A stretch of 64,000 nucleotides of DNA from the NCBI GenBank assembly GCA_000934665.2, contig JYFJ02001099.1, positions 1 to 64,000 of the forward strand, in the 5' to 3' direction. The stretch is from Catajapyx aquilonaris. Taxonomy: Eukaryota. The position numbers were made by a program, and so were the translations under genes. Below are positions 51,071 to 64,000 of the stretch, piece by piece (the stretch's first letter is position 1; each line of letters starts with the position of its first letter). The notes below the pieces were generated by a model. It was given only the letters and a program-made list of their open reading frames with translations. It made no database searches and was not told the origin of the DNA.

Positions 51071-52323
51071 TCAAATTCTGAGGGCGTAGGTGTTGTAAAT
51101 TTCATGTAAGGCATCGATGGCCCTGGAAAGACTCATTGCGCTGCCTCTCATGACAGGAAGCACGCCTCGTACGGTGTTGTGCTCTTTCGTGCGGTACTCG
51201 TCCACCAGCTTCGACACCACTTCCTTCATGTGATCGTTGTAGTCGTCGGTCAGGATCTGCAGATTCCAGTTCCCTTCCGCAACCAGCTGGTCGACCATCT
51301 TCATCATCTTCCCAGCCGACACGCCAAACTCCCTCTCGGAGTATTTGGTGTACAGAGAGACCGCATCTTTGGAGATCCCCATGCTCTCCTTGGACTGCCA
51401 GATAATCTACGTACAAGTGCATGTAATTAAGAAGTGTTCATAAATTATGTGCGGTCCAATTACTTCGTCCGCCATCTTCCAAAGGCTGTCCTGGAACCGG
51501 TGCATCTGTGCGTCCTCGGCTGTATCCAAGTTCTTCTTCCGTTCTTCCTGCCATTCCTTCATCTTCTTGAAGAACCTTTTGTTCGCCACCTTTGAGCACT
51601 GTTCGAGCATGCTGTTGAATGCCTCCCGACGTTGTATCTTGCTTTTCAAGGTGCTCGCTTGTGTAGTCGTAACGTCGTCTTTGTGCCTCTCGATCCATTT
51701 CATAGCCGCATCAAGATCCTTCATAGCCGAGGTCATTGTGACAGTGACCCTTGCGAACTCCTTCCTACCGTACTTCTTGATGATCTAGAGCGGAAAAGGG
51801 TTTCAGTGTATGTCGGTACATTAAGCGGATATACGTACAGCCGTTTTCTTCTCGTTCATCTTCGACTGGGAAGCTTCAACGTCCTCCCTGCTTTTCTTAG
51901 CATGGGCACCCAGCGACCGGATGAGAACAGCGTAGCCGTCCATTGTAGTCTCCAGGACACCAGTGTTTTCCGTCTTGTAGCTTGTTTTTGCCAGCTCGGC
52001 CCACTGGCTGTCCAGGTTCTGTAGAGTATCCTGCACCAAAACATACCGGTACAGAGATCATGGCGGTTCAAATACAAAAATGAACGACTTACCCTGAAGG
52101 TCTGAAGATTTGACCTGTGAAGACTTGCGAGTAGACCCTGACCTTCTTGAACGGCTGGCGGAATAGGACCAATTGCCTCATCGTTGTTCGGTTCAGGCTG
52201 TTCGGCATTAACCACTTCGTCAGCTGCATCATCTGCTGATAGTATCTTGTCTGAAGCAGAAAACGGAAACGTTTCGCTCAGATCCGTGGCATCCACATCT
52301 ATATCCATGTCCATACTGTCCAT
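51071..52323 (-). CDS. Uncharacterised alpha-helical/coiled-coil protein, 4 exons
   Basis: Acidic N-terminus MDSMDMDIDVD, phase-consistent introns (52092-~52033, ~51839-51787, ~51462-51410) and long charged helical segments. Family not recognised. Confidence 0.72.
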
Positions 52324-52599
52324 GATTTAGCTGTCGGTTCTTCCAAAAAAATGTGTCGTCGGTTGGAATTTAGAATGTCATCTGAATGATCAACAATGTT
52401 GTGTTCTTAGTTACATCGCAGTACGTAGGTATCCGTAGTAACCCATTTTTGGGGGGTTGAACTGACATATTGTGCAGTATCGATAAGTAATATTTTTTTA
52501 AAGGTGATGTCGTGATCGAAATGAAACAAGTGTATGATGAATGCACGCTCCACCAGTCGTTGCTCAGAATCAGGTAAGCCGAGCACTCATAATTTCGGA

Positions 52600-53670
52600 A
52601 TGAAATCATGAAAAATAATTGTACAAAATTTCAATGAAACCTTGACAATAATTTCATGACATTTCAATGAAACCAAGAGAATAATTAATGGCATTTCAAT
52701 GAAATCATGAGAATAATATCTGGACATTTCAATGAAATCATGAAAGTAATTTCGTGACATTTCAACGAAATCATGAGAATAATTTCATGGCATTTCAATG
52801 AAATCATGAGAATAATTTCATGGCATTTCAATGAAACCATGAGAATAATTTCATGGCATTTCAATGAAACCACGACAATAATATCTTGACATTTCAATGA
52901 AATCATGGAAGTAATTTCATGACATTTCAATGAAATAATGAGAATAATATCTTGACATTTCAATGAAACCAGGAGAATAATTTCATGGCATTTTAATGAA
53001 ACCATGAGAATAATTTCATGGTATTTCAATGAAACCATGAGAATAATTAATGGCATTTCAATGAAATCATGCGAATAATATCTGGACATTTCAATGAAAT
53101 CATGAAAGTAATTTCGTGACATTTCAACGAAATAATGAGAATAATTTCGTGGCATTTCAATGAAACCACGAGAATAATATCTTGACATTTCAATGAAATC
53201 ATGAAAGTAATTTCATGATATTTCCATGAAATAATGAGAATAATATCTTGACATTTTAATGAAACCATGAGAATAATTTCATGGCATTTCAATGAAATAA
53301 TGAGAATAATATCTTGACATTTCAATGAAACCATGAGAATAATTTCATGGCATTTCAATGAAACCATGAGAATAATTTCATGGCATTTCAATGAAACCAC
53401 GAGAATAATATCTTGACATTTCAATGAAATAATGAGAATAATATCTTGACATTTCAATGAAACCAGGAGAATAATTTCATGGCATTTTAATGAAACCATG
53501 AGAATAATTTCATGGCATTTCAATGAAACCACGAGAATAATATCTTGACATTTCAATGAAACCAGGAGAATAATATCTTGACATTTCAATGAAACCAGGA
53601 GAATAATTTCATGGCAGTTCAATGAAACCAGGTGAATAATTTCATGGCATTTCAATTAAACCATGAGCAC
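52600..53670 (-). repeat. 33-bp satellite (catttcaatgaaaccatgagaataatttcatgg), ~30 copies
   Basis: Tandem copies. The 33-bp period produces spurious SLKCHEIILM ORFs. Confidence 0.95.
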
Positions 53671-53712
53671 AATTTTGAATAAATCATTGAATAAAAGGCG
53701 TTTTAAGATTGC

Positions 53713-53796
53713 TGTTTACATGTGAGCAATTAGATCAGCGATGTGCAGCGGTGTCATCGCTGCACATCGCTGATCAAATATCTCACATGTAAATGC
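53713..53796. mobile_element. Short hairpin MITE remnant related to 6197-6347
   Basis: tttacatgtgag...gatcagcgatgtgcagcg / cgctgcacatcgctgatc...ctcacatgtaaa. It shares tttacatgtgagc with the 6197 element. Confidence 0.6.
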
Positions 53797-53823
53797 ATCA
53801 CTCCATGTTGTAACAAAAGACAT

Positions 53824-54598
53824 TTATTCATCATGTGTCATCTGAAGGGAATGAACGGAAGGCTTCGAGTCGTGATCCTTCATGGCAGTCAGCATGGAGT
53901 ACAGCAACGGCCTGTGGATGTACAGCGTGATTCAGTACACTCTATAAATGCCACACCTCAATATTACTTACGCCCGATCTGCGATGGCAGCCGGATCTCT
54001 AATCCCGACCTCGTTTGCCAGCAATCGTCGGTCGAGGTCAGACATATGACCCGACTCCGCCTTCAGTACGGACGCGGCCCAGTTGTACCCATTCCACTGC
54101 AGGTACTCCATCACCAGCTGGTTCAGCACCAGGTTCTGCCGACTCATGGCGAACGGAACGTGCGGACGGGACATGGGAGGTTCCTCCAGGAGATTAAAGA
54201 CTTCCGCTCGAACCTCCGCCTGGATCCGCCCGAGTACGCCCTTCTTCTCAAGCGTGTCTCGCAATGCTACAGAAAAATACATTAAAGACATATCAGTCGT
54301 ACTCATCGGTACATGAAACTGCGGATAATAGATTCCGACAATAGTTACGTACTTTCTATTCTATAAGTGTAATTATACGGTTATTACGCAGTTCATGCAC
54401 ATACACATAAAAGCAAGTACTGGTATTAATAAGTTATAATATTATAATTATTATAATTATTATAATAATGAGTAACTGTCACTCATAATTTGTGTGGCAT
54501 GTACCGGCGGTACTCAACAACTGAACGGTTGTACTGATGTCAATTATTGTCCCAATTGCAGATAATTCACCTTTTTTGAGCTCCTCTTCTGAAGCCAT
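53824..54598 (-). CDS. CEP20: Centrosomal protein 20 (FOPNL/FOR20), LisH domain, 3 exons
   Basis: MASEEELKK|.ALRDTLEKKGVLGRIQAEVRAEVFNLL...LNQLVMEYLQWNGYNWAASVLKAESG...PLLYSML. Confidence 0.88.
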
Positions 54599-55087
54599 TG
54601 TTATGAAAATATGGAAAAAAAATTGACTCGAAAATAATAACGTTCGATTTTTTTATTATTTTTTTTCGAACGCTCGGGAAATAAACAATTGATTTTGGAC
54701 TTACACTTTTTTATATAAAATAAATACTGCTTACGTAATAAAAACGGCTATTAAAACTGGCTATAGACATTTAGTTATTTAAATATTTAAATATTTTTTT
54801 GATTACTGTTGGCGCGATTGGGTTCGGCTTCTGTTGGCAACCCTCGATATATATAAAAAAAAATATCAAAGATGGCGGACAAACTGTCGCCTTTTTTTTG
54901 TTCGATTCCAGATTTAATTCGAATATCCGGAAATATTGACCTGTCCGGCCTGATTGGGTCAAAGGTCAGGGTAGGTCGGATCGTCCTGACTCTGTAGAAA
55001 GACTGGAGGGTCACGAGAAGGTTGGGTCAACAGGATTTGAAGGGTACGAAGAGGTCACAAGTTACATGTATTGTTGTGAGGCTTCCC

Positions 55088-55127
<40 letters not shown>
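55088..55127 (+). repeat. (ATA)n microsatellite
   Basis: About 13 perfect units. Confidence 0.95.
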
Positions 55128-55230
55128 GTCGTACCATCACGGCTATAAGGCCGGTGAGGACTAGTGTCGATTGACCGATAATAATAATCCTTACAGTTGA
55201 GAGCGATGTGAGGGTGGTCGACATTAAACG

Positions 55231-56044
55231 ATGGATGCAGCCTTGCTGTCGTGTCCGTTCTGCGACAAACAATTCATGAAGAAAGGTGATCTCGCATTGC
55301 ACCAGAGCGTGCATATGCAGTGCCGGCAGCAGCTACAGATGCAGCTGGACAAATGCGATTGTGGTACTTGATCATTAATTATGTCGAAAAGGCGGCTTTG
55401 ATGAGAATGGATCTGTTTCAGGGAAGAGTCCGAGGCGAGGCGTACCGGATCAGCCACGTCGATACATATGTGAGTGCCCGAAGGATATGTGGTACTCGTC
55501 TGCGATTATGTTGACGCAAGAGGCGGCCGGATTGGACGATAATCATGAGGCGGAGACTTCTTCACCGTCAGCTCCAGGGGAAAAGCCGTTCCGGTGCGAG
55601 TGCGGGAAGAACTTTGCCCAGCAGCGCAACCTCACCATGCACCGTCGCGTGCACTCTGGGGAGAAGCCGTTTGCATGCGAGTGTGGACGTCGATTCGCTC
55701 GCAAATGGAACCTGACAGTGCACAAGAAGGTGCATGTTGGTGAGAAGCCTTATGTGTGCGAATGCGGGAAGCACTTTGCACGCAAGTGGAACCTGACTGT
55801 ACACAAGCGGGTGCACATGGGCGAGAAACCGTACAGGTGTGAGTGCGGGAAGCATTTCGCAAGGAAGTGGAACTTGGCCGTGCACAGGCGAAGCCACACG
55901 GGAGAAAAGCCGTATCGGTGCGAGTGTGGGCAGAGCTTTGTACAGAAACGGAGCCTCGCCAGCCACATGTCAGTGCATGGGAGGGACGGGACTGGTGCGG
56001 GAACCACCAGCGCAGAGGTGGCCATTAGGAGGCTCTTTTCGTAG
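55231..56044 (+). CDS. C2H2 zinc-finger protein with one CxxC finger and five CxC fingers
   Basis: MDAALLSCPFCDKQFMKKGDLALHQSVH, then GEKP(F/Y)xCECG...H...H five times. Internal exon boundaries are uncertain. Confidence 0.85.
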
Positions 56045-56566
56045 AGAAATGGACAGGGTAGTCTTAAGGTCCATAAAAAGAGAGAGTAGGACCATCCGTT
56101 TATATTTAAGTGTTAGGCAATACTGCGTACACTTGTCGTAATTTGATGTGAAAAAACTAATGGAACTTTTGATGTCAACCAGAAGGAGCCTCAAATTTGA
56201 ATACGGTATGCGTATGACTTGCCGAAATTCGTGCCCGTACATATGTTGAAGCCATGTCCAATGTATTGAGCGTAATGTTTGGTTCTAATAAAACAGTTTG
56301 CCGTTACATGTAGTGCCGGACATGTAGTTCTGTAGAGATGCGAATTTTTCGCATCTTTTGTGTGTCCTTCTGTCCAACCTTTCACGCAATACATAAAGTC
56401 TCATCTGAGCTGTCCCATATTTTTTCTATTTCATTGTTATACGACTTCACCCTATTTTTCTTGCAACAATTGTTACTGGTTGCCGTAACAACTTTTCCTA
56501 ACAATTGATGACTCGTAGCAGAGTAAGGGAAGTTCCATTCGCAGTGTTAACATCCTCTTTTTAGAA

Positions 56567-58210
56567 ATGGCGTCGAGTTTAGGCACGGACATGTCTTCAA
56601 GGACAGAATCATGGGTGGAGGACACTATCGCAAGTACGACATCACCCTCCGGACTATCACTGGACCCAGATCATGCCCACTCGGTAAGTCCATACTTTTT
56701 CATCCGAAGCGATGCGACGTAACAACAACACGTCGTTTCAGATTCAGCGGAGTGGACACCAAATGAGCATTCATAGTGACCACAGTCCCAGCATGGACGC
56801 GACTGTCGGATCCACTGGCATAATGACAGCATACTCTCAGATCGATGGTGTGCGGTTACCGGAGTCGTACCGGTACGGCATCAGACAAGCGCTGGATCGT
56901 CTGAACGAGGATGCAGCAATACGCTACGGAAAAATTGGAATGAAGGCTCTCAGAGCGGACAGGCTAGAAAGGGTGAGTCGAGACGCGATCGAGAAGCTCA
57001 TCCGCATTTTCTGCTGATAAGTTCTGAGACACACGGTTATTGTTTCCAGTCTGCAAAGTTGGGTCCCGGTTGCTACCAGATCCAGCGGTGGCCGTTGCCC
57101 CGCAAGTTTGTCGACAAGAAGACACTGACGGACATAGCCCTGGCGCACGAGGGCGAGAGGATCATGCGGAAGCAGTGGAACCCTCCGAAGTTCAATTCGC
57201 ACTTCAAGAGCCCCATCGTCGAGGACACGGTGGACGAGGAAGTGGTGGACGAGGAGGAGGTCTTACTCAGCAAGGTGGACGACAGCACCCTGAAGGTGCT
57301 CTCGTACGCCAACCCCCTGGAGAGGGACAACCGAGCGGTCGTCAGTGAGTACGACTCAGATATCATCAACATGTCGCGTAGTTAAGATCATATATTATTT
57401 TTAAAATGTATCTGTGCAGTTAAGGAAGTGCGACCGACCCGGTTTGGGCACTGGAAGTGCATCGTACCCGATCGGAGTCGCCCGGAGGGTCTGGATCACC
57501 CGTCCAAGCACAACGTGGGCCAGTGGAGCAAGACTGAGAGGTACAAGAACAACGGAATGCGTTTTCTGGCCACCAAAGGACCGTTCTGGCTCACGGAGGT
57601 ACGTTGACCCTTCTTATTATGATTATTTAAAATTAATGTTAATAATAATTGTGCGATTGGTTTTGGCAGGACGTCCCTATGGTGATGACTCCGAGAACTC
57701 CGCCACCAGCGGTCCCAGACCGTGCCTCTGGGGTCAGCAAGGGGTACGACACGATGCGGGTACCCTCGGCGGCCAGTGGTCCTAGCATCGGAAAGTCGTC
57801 GCCGAGCGGCAGCTCACCTATTCCCAGCCTGAAGTTCAAGAGCGTACAATCAATACCTGAAAAGTTTGTAGTACGTATCCTTCCTCTCTGCACACTGCTG
57901 CCAACGGTGGCAACTGCGGTAACCACTTGCACGTTGGTGATGAGTCAACCCCTCCCCATTGTGACACCTTTTCTCGCTTATTCCGCAGGTGACAGTTCCG
58001 ATGGGCCGCACGTACCCGAAGAAGACTTTCAACCCGGAGTTCATGAAGGCGCATTCCTCCGTTGTCCGTCACGTGGGCAAGCCTATGAAGGCCTATCCTT
58101 ACAAGCCTGTAGATCCTATTCAGGAAATGATCTTAACCCATGTCATAGGAGATGGTTGGAAAAAGGGAAAAAAGACGAGACTCCCTAGGCAGAAGAAGTG
58201 TGCCGTATGA
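56567..58210 (+). CDS. Uncharacterised multi-exon protein with one LGPGCY motif
   Basis: A chain of open exons bounded by short GT-AG introns, from MASSLGTDMSS to KKTRLPRQKKCAV*. No confident family assignment. Confidence 0.6.
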
Positions 58211-58703
58211 GCGAAGAAAGGACATGTCGAAGTCTGTCGCATTATCTTTTATAGTGTTTTTTGAACAGACATAAATGGGAAGAGAAATAAACGGAAAATT
58301 TGGACCCTGCAATTTTTTTTTATTTCGCTAAGCATACTAGGCATAATCTGCCAAATTCCGACGGATATTTTTTTATCTGCGTCTTATCAAATTGCAGATA
58401 AGCTTCGCGGGCGGGAAGGAAATTGTAATATACGCCCGGGACTTTTTTTTTCCCCCACTGTATAGTGACCGCACTTCTAAGTGCAAGACCCTTGTAGTTG
58501 ACAAAAGCTTTACCATATCTGCTGCAATGTAAGTAAAATGCGCAACTACATAATCATCGCTTGAATATTACAATCGTAACGATGGAATTTTCATTCCGCT
58601 GCTAGTAGAAGCTCATTTTTTGGCAACTTGAAGTAGCTTTTTGGAAAGCCGCAGATTTTTTCGAGTCAAGCAATAATGTTTCAGGAACGTAATTGCGCCT
58701 GAT

Positions 58704-61700
58704 ATGGATCGTATAGTGGTCCAGTTGGAAGACGGCGTCTTGGTGAAGAAATTTTACTTGAGGAAACGTCCTGAGCAACGAAGGTTGCTGGTACGTCTCG
58801 ATAACAGACAACTAATTTGGCAACAGGTCGAACACAAAGGTTCGAACACTTACGAGGGATGCGGTAAGTCCCTTTTTTTGATAACCTGTGTCCCACAATA
58901 AACGTTATGTTGAGTTTTTCCATATCCTGCAGTTGACCTGAGAGAGATAAGGGAAGTACGGATCGGTACCGATTCGAAGGATTTCGACAGGTGGGCATCT
59001 GACACCAAAAAGTTGCAATCCAACCTCTGCTTCGTGGTCTTGTACGGATCGGAGTTTGTGCTCGAGACACTGTCCATTGCAGGTACGTGTCTTTTTCTAT
59101 CAATCAACAGATCTTGTATAGAGTGTGCTGAAAAATGCTATCAATTATTATTATGAGGACTCGTACAGTAACTAACGTTTATTTCCGCAATTATTTTTAT
59201 TAATTTTTTAATTCATATATGATTTCCTAATTATTTTAACTGCTGTTATTTTGTGTCCTTATTCATAATTGCACACAGCGTCAACGTGGCAGGACTGCGA
59301 GTTGTGGGTCAGAGGTCTGAAGTACCTGGTCGATGACACCTTGAGGTCACCGTACCCTTTGCAGGTCAGATGGTGGCTCAAGAAGGAGTTTATAAAGATT
59401 CAGACGCCTCAAAATAAGTGAGTCATGTCAAACTCTTAATTGTCCAAAAATTATTGAAAATATTTAATTTGCCCGAATGTTATGTAAGCAATACAGTGTG
59501 GAAAATATTGATACAACACTTACAGTACAGAGTATACGACACAATTATTATTATTTCTCTTCCAGAGTTACACTGAAGTCGCTGAAGGCCTTCTTCCTTC
59601 GCAACAATTGGAAGAGACAAGTCGGCAAGCTTGGAGAAGCCTTCGAAAAGATGATGGACTCTGAACAAAACGAAGAGATAAACTTCGAAGAGTTTGCACA
59701 CCTGTACTACATGATGTACGACGACAAGGTACACTGTACAACCCATCGCAATAAGTTTAGCACCAAAAAGAAAAGGGACAAACTGACTTCAATACCCTGC
59801 GAAAATTAATCCGTAATAGTCCCACAAACCATCTGATACCGTTTTATTTAATTATTATTATAATATTTTTTTCAGCCACTAGTTGACCGATATTTTTCGG
59901 AGTACTCGTCTGATGGGACGGTGTCCGTTCAGGGTTTCCGCGCTTTTCTGTTAAATCAGAGTGATGTGTCTGATGATAACGGTGACGTAAGCAGCTTTTT
60001 GGTGAAGTTTCGGTACTTGAAGGATTCGACAACGGAAGACGAGCCAAGCCTGACAACAAGTGAGGTAATAAAGTACAGTACACAGAAAATTCCATCCTAT
60101 GTCTATATATTGAAAATGTCATATTTACACACTGTATTATTTTTCCAGTTCGTCGGCTACTTGTTTTCAAAGCAGAACGAGATATGGGATCCGTCCCACT
60201 CTGAGATTACCCAGGATATGACCCGTCCACTGTCCCACTACTGGATAGATTCGTCTCACAACACGTACCTGACAGGAGACCAGATCTTCGGGGTGTCATC
60301 GACCGAAGCGTATGTCCGTTGTCTGCGGTATGGTTGTCGTTGCATAGAGTTGGACTGTTGGGACGGATCCGATGGACAGCCGATCATCTACCATGGACAC
60401 ACACCGACCACGAGGATCAAGTTTCTGGATGTGATAAAGGCCATCAAGCAACACGCATTTGTAGCCTCGGATTATCCTGTGGTGTTGTCCATCGAGGACC
60501 ATTGCTCGTTGAGCCAACAGAGGAAAATGGCTAGGGACTTCCAGGTAGATCTGATTCAAATGTAATTTCTGCTTGTTATAAAACAGTGCCAATCTTTAAT
60601 TTAAAGGGGGTCTTTGGAGAGCTGTTGTTGACGCGTCCGATCGCGCGTGACGAGACGGAACTTCCGCCGCCAAACGCGCTCAAAAGGAAGATCATAGTGA
60701 AGCACAAAAAGCTTCCTGCGAGTGTTGATGATGCTGTGGCCCCTGATTCTTCAGGCAATGACGATGGTGAGTGTCATTGTTTGGCTGGAATTGGCTAGAC
60801 TCTTTGTCTATCCTTCTGCTAGAGAACGACTTGATGTACAACGCGGTAAAGAGCGGACAAGTGTACCTTGAGGTGTCCGGAATGAACCAGCCACACTTCA
60901 TGGTCCTAACCAAGGACAAGTTGTACTGCACGGAGCTGAACAGTTACGAGGAAATGTCCGACTTTGGGTCTCATGAGGGTGTCCCGCAGGAAGAGGTGAT
61001 GATGCGGGACAGACTGTCCGACTACGAGCTGCATTTCAGCGAGACCTGGTTCCACGGATTGATGGACGCCCGAAAGACGTCCAGGGAACTGCTACAGCAG
61101 CACAGCCACTTGGGAGACGGGACTTTCCTAGTCAGGGACAGCCAATCGTACGTCGGAGACTACACGCTCTGTTTCTGGTAATTACGGACCGCGGTTCAAA
61201 AGTTAGGGAAGATCTTTACTGCACGACGAAATGGCAGGAATTGAGTGGCAAATCCACAATAATGTTCGTTGGCATACTTTTCAGGCTTCAAGGAAAAGAA
61301 CATCAATGTCGGATCCAGAAGAAGAAGGCGGGTGTCCAGACCAAGTACTTCATCTACGAATCTGAACACTTCTCCAGCCTGTACAACCTGGTCAGGCACT
61401 ACAAGTCCAATCCTCTTGTGTTGCCGGTGAGTTGTTGAGCACCGCAGAACAATCCCCTGTAATGTCTTGATGGCCTCTCCGTTTGCAGAAATTTTCTGTC
61501 GTTTTGACCGAGGCGGTACCGCAGCCAGAGAAGCACCACGGTAAGCCCTGGTTTTACCAAGGAATCAGCAGAGCGCAAGCCGAGAACATACTGAAGGACG
61601 TGTTGCTCGAAGGAGCATTTCTGGTCCGCCAAAAGGAGCACAGGGGTCTATACGCCATTTCACTCAGGTTGCTACTAGTACTGTACTACCTTAGTACCTA

Positions 61701-64000
61701 CTACTTATTACTACTTGTTACAGAGCGGAAGGACAGATAAAGCACTGCAGGGTAGAGAGAGATGGCAGACTGTACCGGCTGGGTGCTACGTACTTCGAGA
61801 CCTTGTCGGAGATGGTGTCATATTATCAAGCTCATCCTCTGTACCATCGGATACGTCTCACTTATCCGGTCGACGTAGATGCGTCTCGATACCAACCGGT
61901 TGATGAAGAGCCAGGAACGGCAAGTGCAGGCGACTCCGGTTACGTCGATGTTGTGCCAAGGGTAAGTGCAAACGACTGATCTTCACGAAACGACGACAGT
62001 GCTGAGCGATTATTGTGGCTTATGTAACGTGGCTTTGCCAATGCTGAGATGCCTCCACACTGACTTTTGCCGTGCATATTGTTACAATGTGGGGTAATCA
62101 TTTGTCGTAACCGTAGTTCACAGTAAAGGCCGTGAAAGACTACCAAGCAGCCCAGAGAAACGAACTGTCGTTCAAGACGGGCGCAATCATCACCAATGTC
62201 ATCAAGGTGTCTGGTGTGTGGTGGAAGGGCGACTACGGTGGGAAGAAAGGGCATTGGTTCCTTAGAAAATACACGAAGGAAATAGATCAACCAACATCAG
62301 GAGCTGAGGAACATCAGCAGACAGTAAGTGTGCGATATATTCCAGTAACATTTAAACGACATTTAATTAATCTAATAACAAGACAGATGAGCCGGAGAGT
62401 TGGGCCAAAGGCACGATGGATGTTACGGGCGTTACGGCCGACGTGAGTGAACGGCCTGGAATGCCCTTTCCCTGGAACCTGAGGATTCAGCCGCAGTCCG
62501 GACGCAACGTTCTGAACGTCGAGTTCTTCTCGAAGGAAGAAGCCACCAAATGGAAGGACAAGATAGTCGAAATTGCAAGAAAAGCTGCTGATAAGGTCGG
62601 ACATTTCGTGTTCCAATGGATCTTCTCGGGGTTCTTTTTTCAATAACAAGCCTCGAGTATCTCATATGGTTTCGTCATATCTGTCTGAATCGTTGGTCCA
62701 CAGGAAATCCGTCGTATCAAGATAGAGCGAGAGAAGAAAGTGGCTAAAGAACTATCCAACCTGATAGTCTACTGCCAGGCTGTCACTTTCAATCTGGAGC
62801 GTCTGAAGGGTCCAAAGAGATTCAGAGAGATGAGTTCAGTCACGGAGATTCGAGCAGAGAACCTTCTGGTTCGGAGGGAACACATGTTCTTCCTGCATCA
62901 CCATCAGATCCAGCTGACCCGGGTCTACCCAAAAGGTCAGCGATTCGATTCGTCCAACTATGACCCGACTCCTTGCTGGAACGTGGGTTGCCATATGGTC
63001 GCACTCAACTACCAGACACCCGACTACTCCATGCAGGTCAGATTAAGATCAGGTCAAAGTTCAAGTGATTCATAATAAATATTGCAGATCAACCATGGAA
63101 TGTTCCTTGGCAATGGAGGCTGCGGGTACCTGCTGCGTCCGGACTGCATGTTCGAACCCGGGTACGACCCGTTTGACCCGGAGACGCTCGGGGTTAGTCA
63201 CACCCGGGTGCTGCGGGTCAGGGTCATCGGAGCCAGACATTTGTCCAGGGTCAGCAGTGGGGGACGGAGACTCGGGGTGCTCTCTCCCTATGTGGTGGTA
63301 GAGGTCATCGGGGCTCCTTACGACTCAGGGGCCAAGAACCGGTACAGCACTCTAGCTTTGAGTAAGTCGCAGCCTTTAAATATGAAATTTGAGTAGTTTT
63401 AATAATGTTTTTAGTTGACAGCGGATTCAGTCCTTTGTGGGACGAATGGACAGATTTGAGTGTGAGGAACCCCGAGTGCGCCTTGCTGAGGTTCGTGGTG
63501 TACGACAAGGATGCGTTCAACGAGCCGCATCTGGTGGGACAGGCGACCTACCCGATCGCCTGCTTACGACAGGGTTACAGGAGCGTACCATTGAAGAACG
63601 GGTACAGCGAAGAGCTAGAGCTGGCGTCGCTTCTGGTGCATCTTCAGGTTCTCATCGGGAAGGAAGAAGAAGAAGAAGAGGTTCAATCACCCAGGATGCT
63701 GCAGGACGGAAGGTTGACAACGTTCTTCGGCGATGACATTGACGAATCGACAATGTAAGGTATAGGATGTGCTAATGACGTACTGTGTATATGACTTGCT
63801 TCGTATTGCAGGGATATGCAACAAGAGATGGAACAGTTATGGACAAGGATGTACGACTCATACGTAAGGAATGAGGAGGAAACATGCTTGTGAGACATGC
63901 CTAATTCGTTGCGATGTTTTTGTTCAGATAAATTGCAGACTGAGTTGCAATAAACCTGAATGTTGTTACATGAAGTCTTGTTATCTCCTATCCGGAAGGT
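58704..64000 (+). CDS. PLCG1: Phospholipase C gamma (PH, EF, X box, SH2, SH2, SH3, Y box, C2); final exon and stop not resolved
   Basis: [52 protein letters not shown]2 domains WFHG..FLVRDS and PWFY..FLVRQ. SH3 [13 protein letters not shown] box [33 protein letters not shown]2 [25 protein letters not shown]. Confidence 0.96.

Noticed and set aside
52685..53655. ORFs of 167 and 202 aa (SLKCHEIILM repeats); also 47899-48207
   Set aside because: Artefact of a 33-bp satellite whose period is a multiple of 3.

Overview
Gene-dense eukaryotic DNA from an invertebrate, probably an arthropod. The taxon is inferred from ionotropic receptor genes, DRE-like motifs and many ~55-65 bp GT-AG introns; the species cannot be named. 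Gene order: a two-exon ionotropic receptor (-), condensin I subunit CAP-D2 (+), SMC5/6 subunit NSE1 (-), DNA polymerase epsilon subunit 2 (-), two tandem SNAPC4-like Myb-repeat genes (+), five tandem charged-N-terminus C2H2 zinc-finger genes (+), proteasome receptor Rpn13/ADRM1 (+), an intronless ionotropic receptor (+), a divergent RhoGAP-like gene (-), three paralogues of an unrecognised helical protein within an inverted duplication, CEP20/FOPNL (-), a CxC-type zinc-finger gene (+), an unknown gene (+) and phospholipase C gamma (+). Introns and intergenic DNA hold several MITEs, a DINE-1/Helentron-like element, a tRNA-derived V-type SINE and many minisatellites. The best candidate for an undescribed system is the SNAPC4/zinc-finger locus. 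The second SNAPC4 paralogue ends in a zinc-finger module that shares motif pattern and intron position with the adjacent zinc-finger array, and that array differs between copies at DNA-contact positions. Also notable are a flip/flop hairpin concatemer in the NSE1 intron and an inverted duplication of a head-to-head promoter. Exon boundaries were read by eye and no database searches were run.
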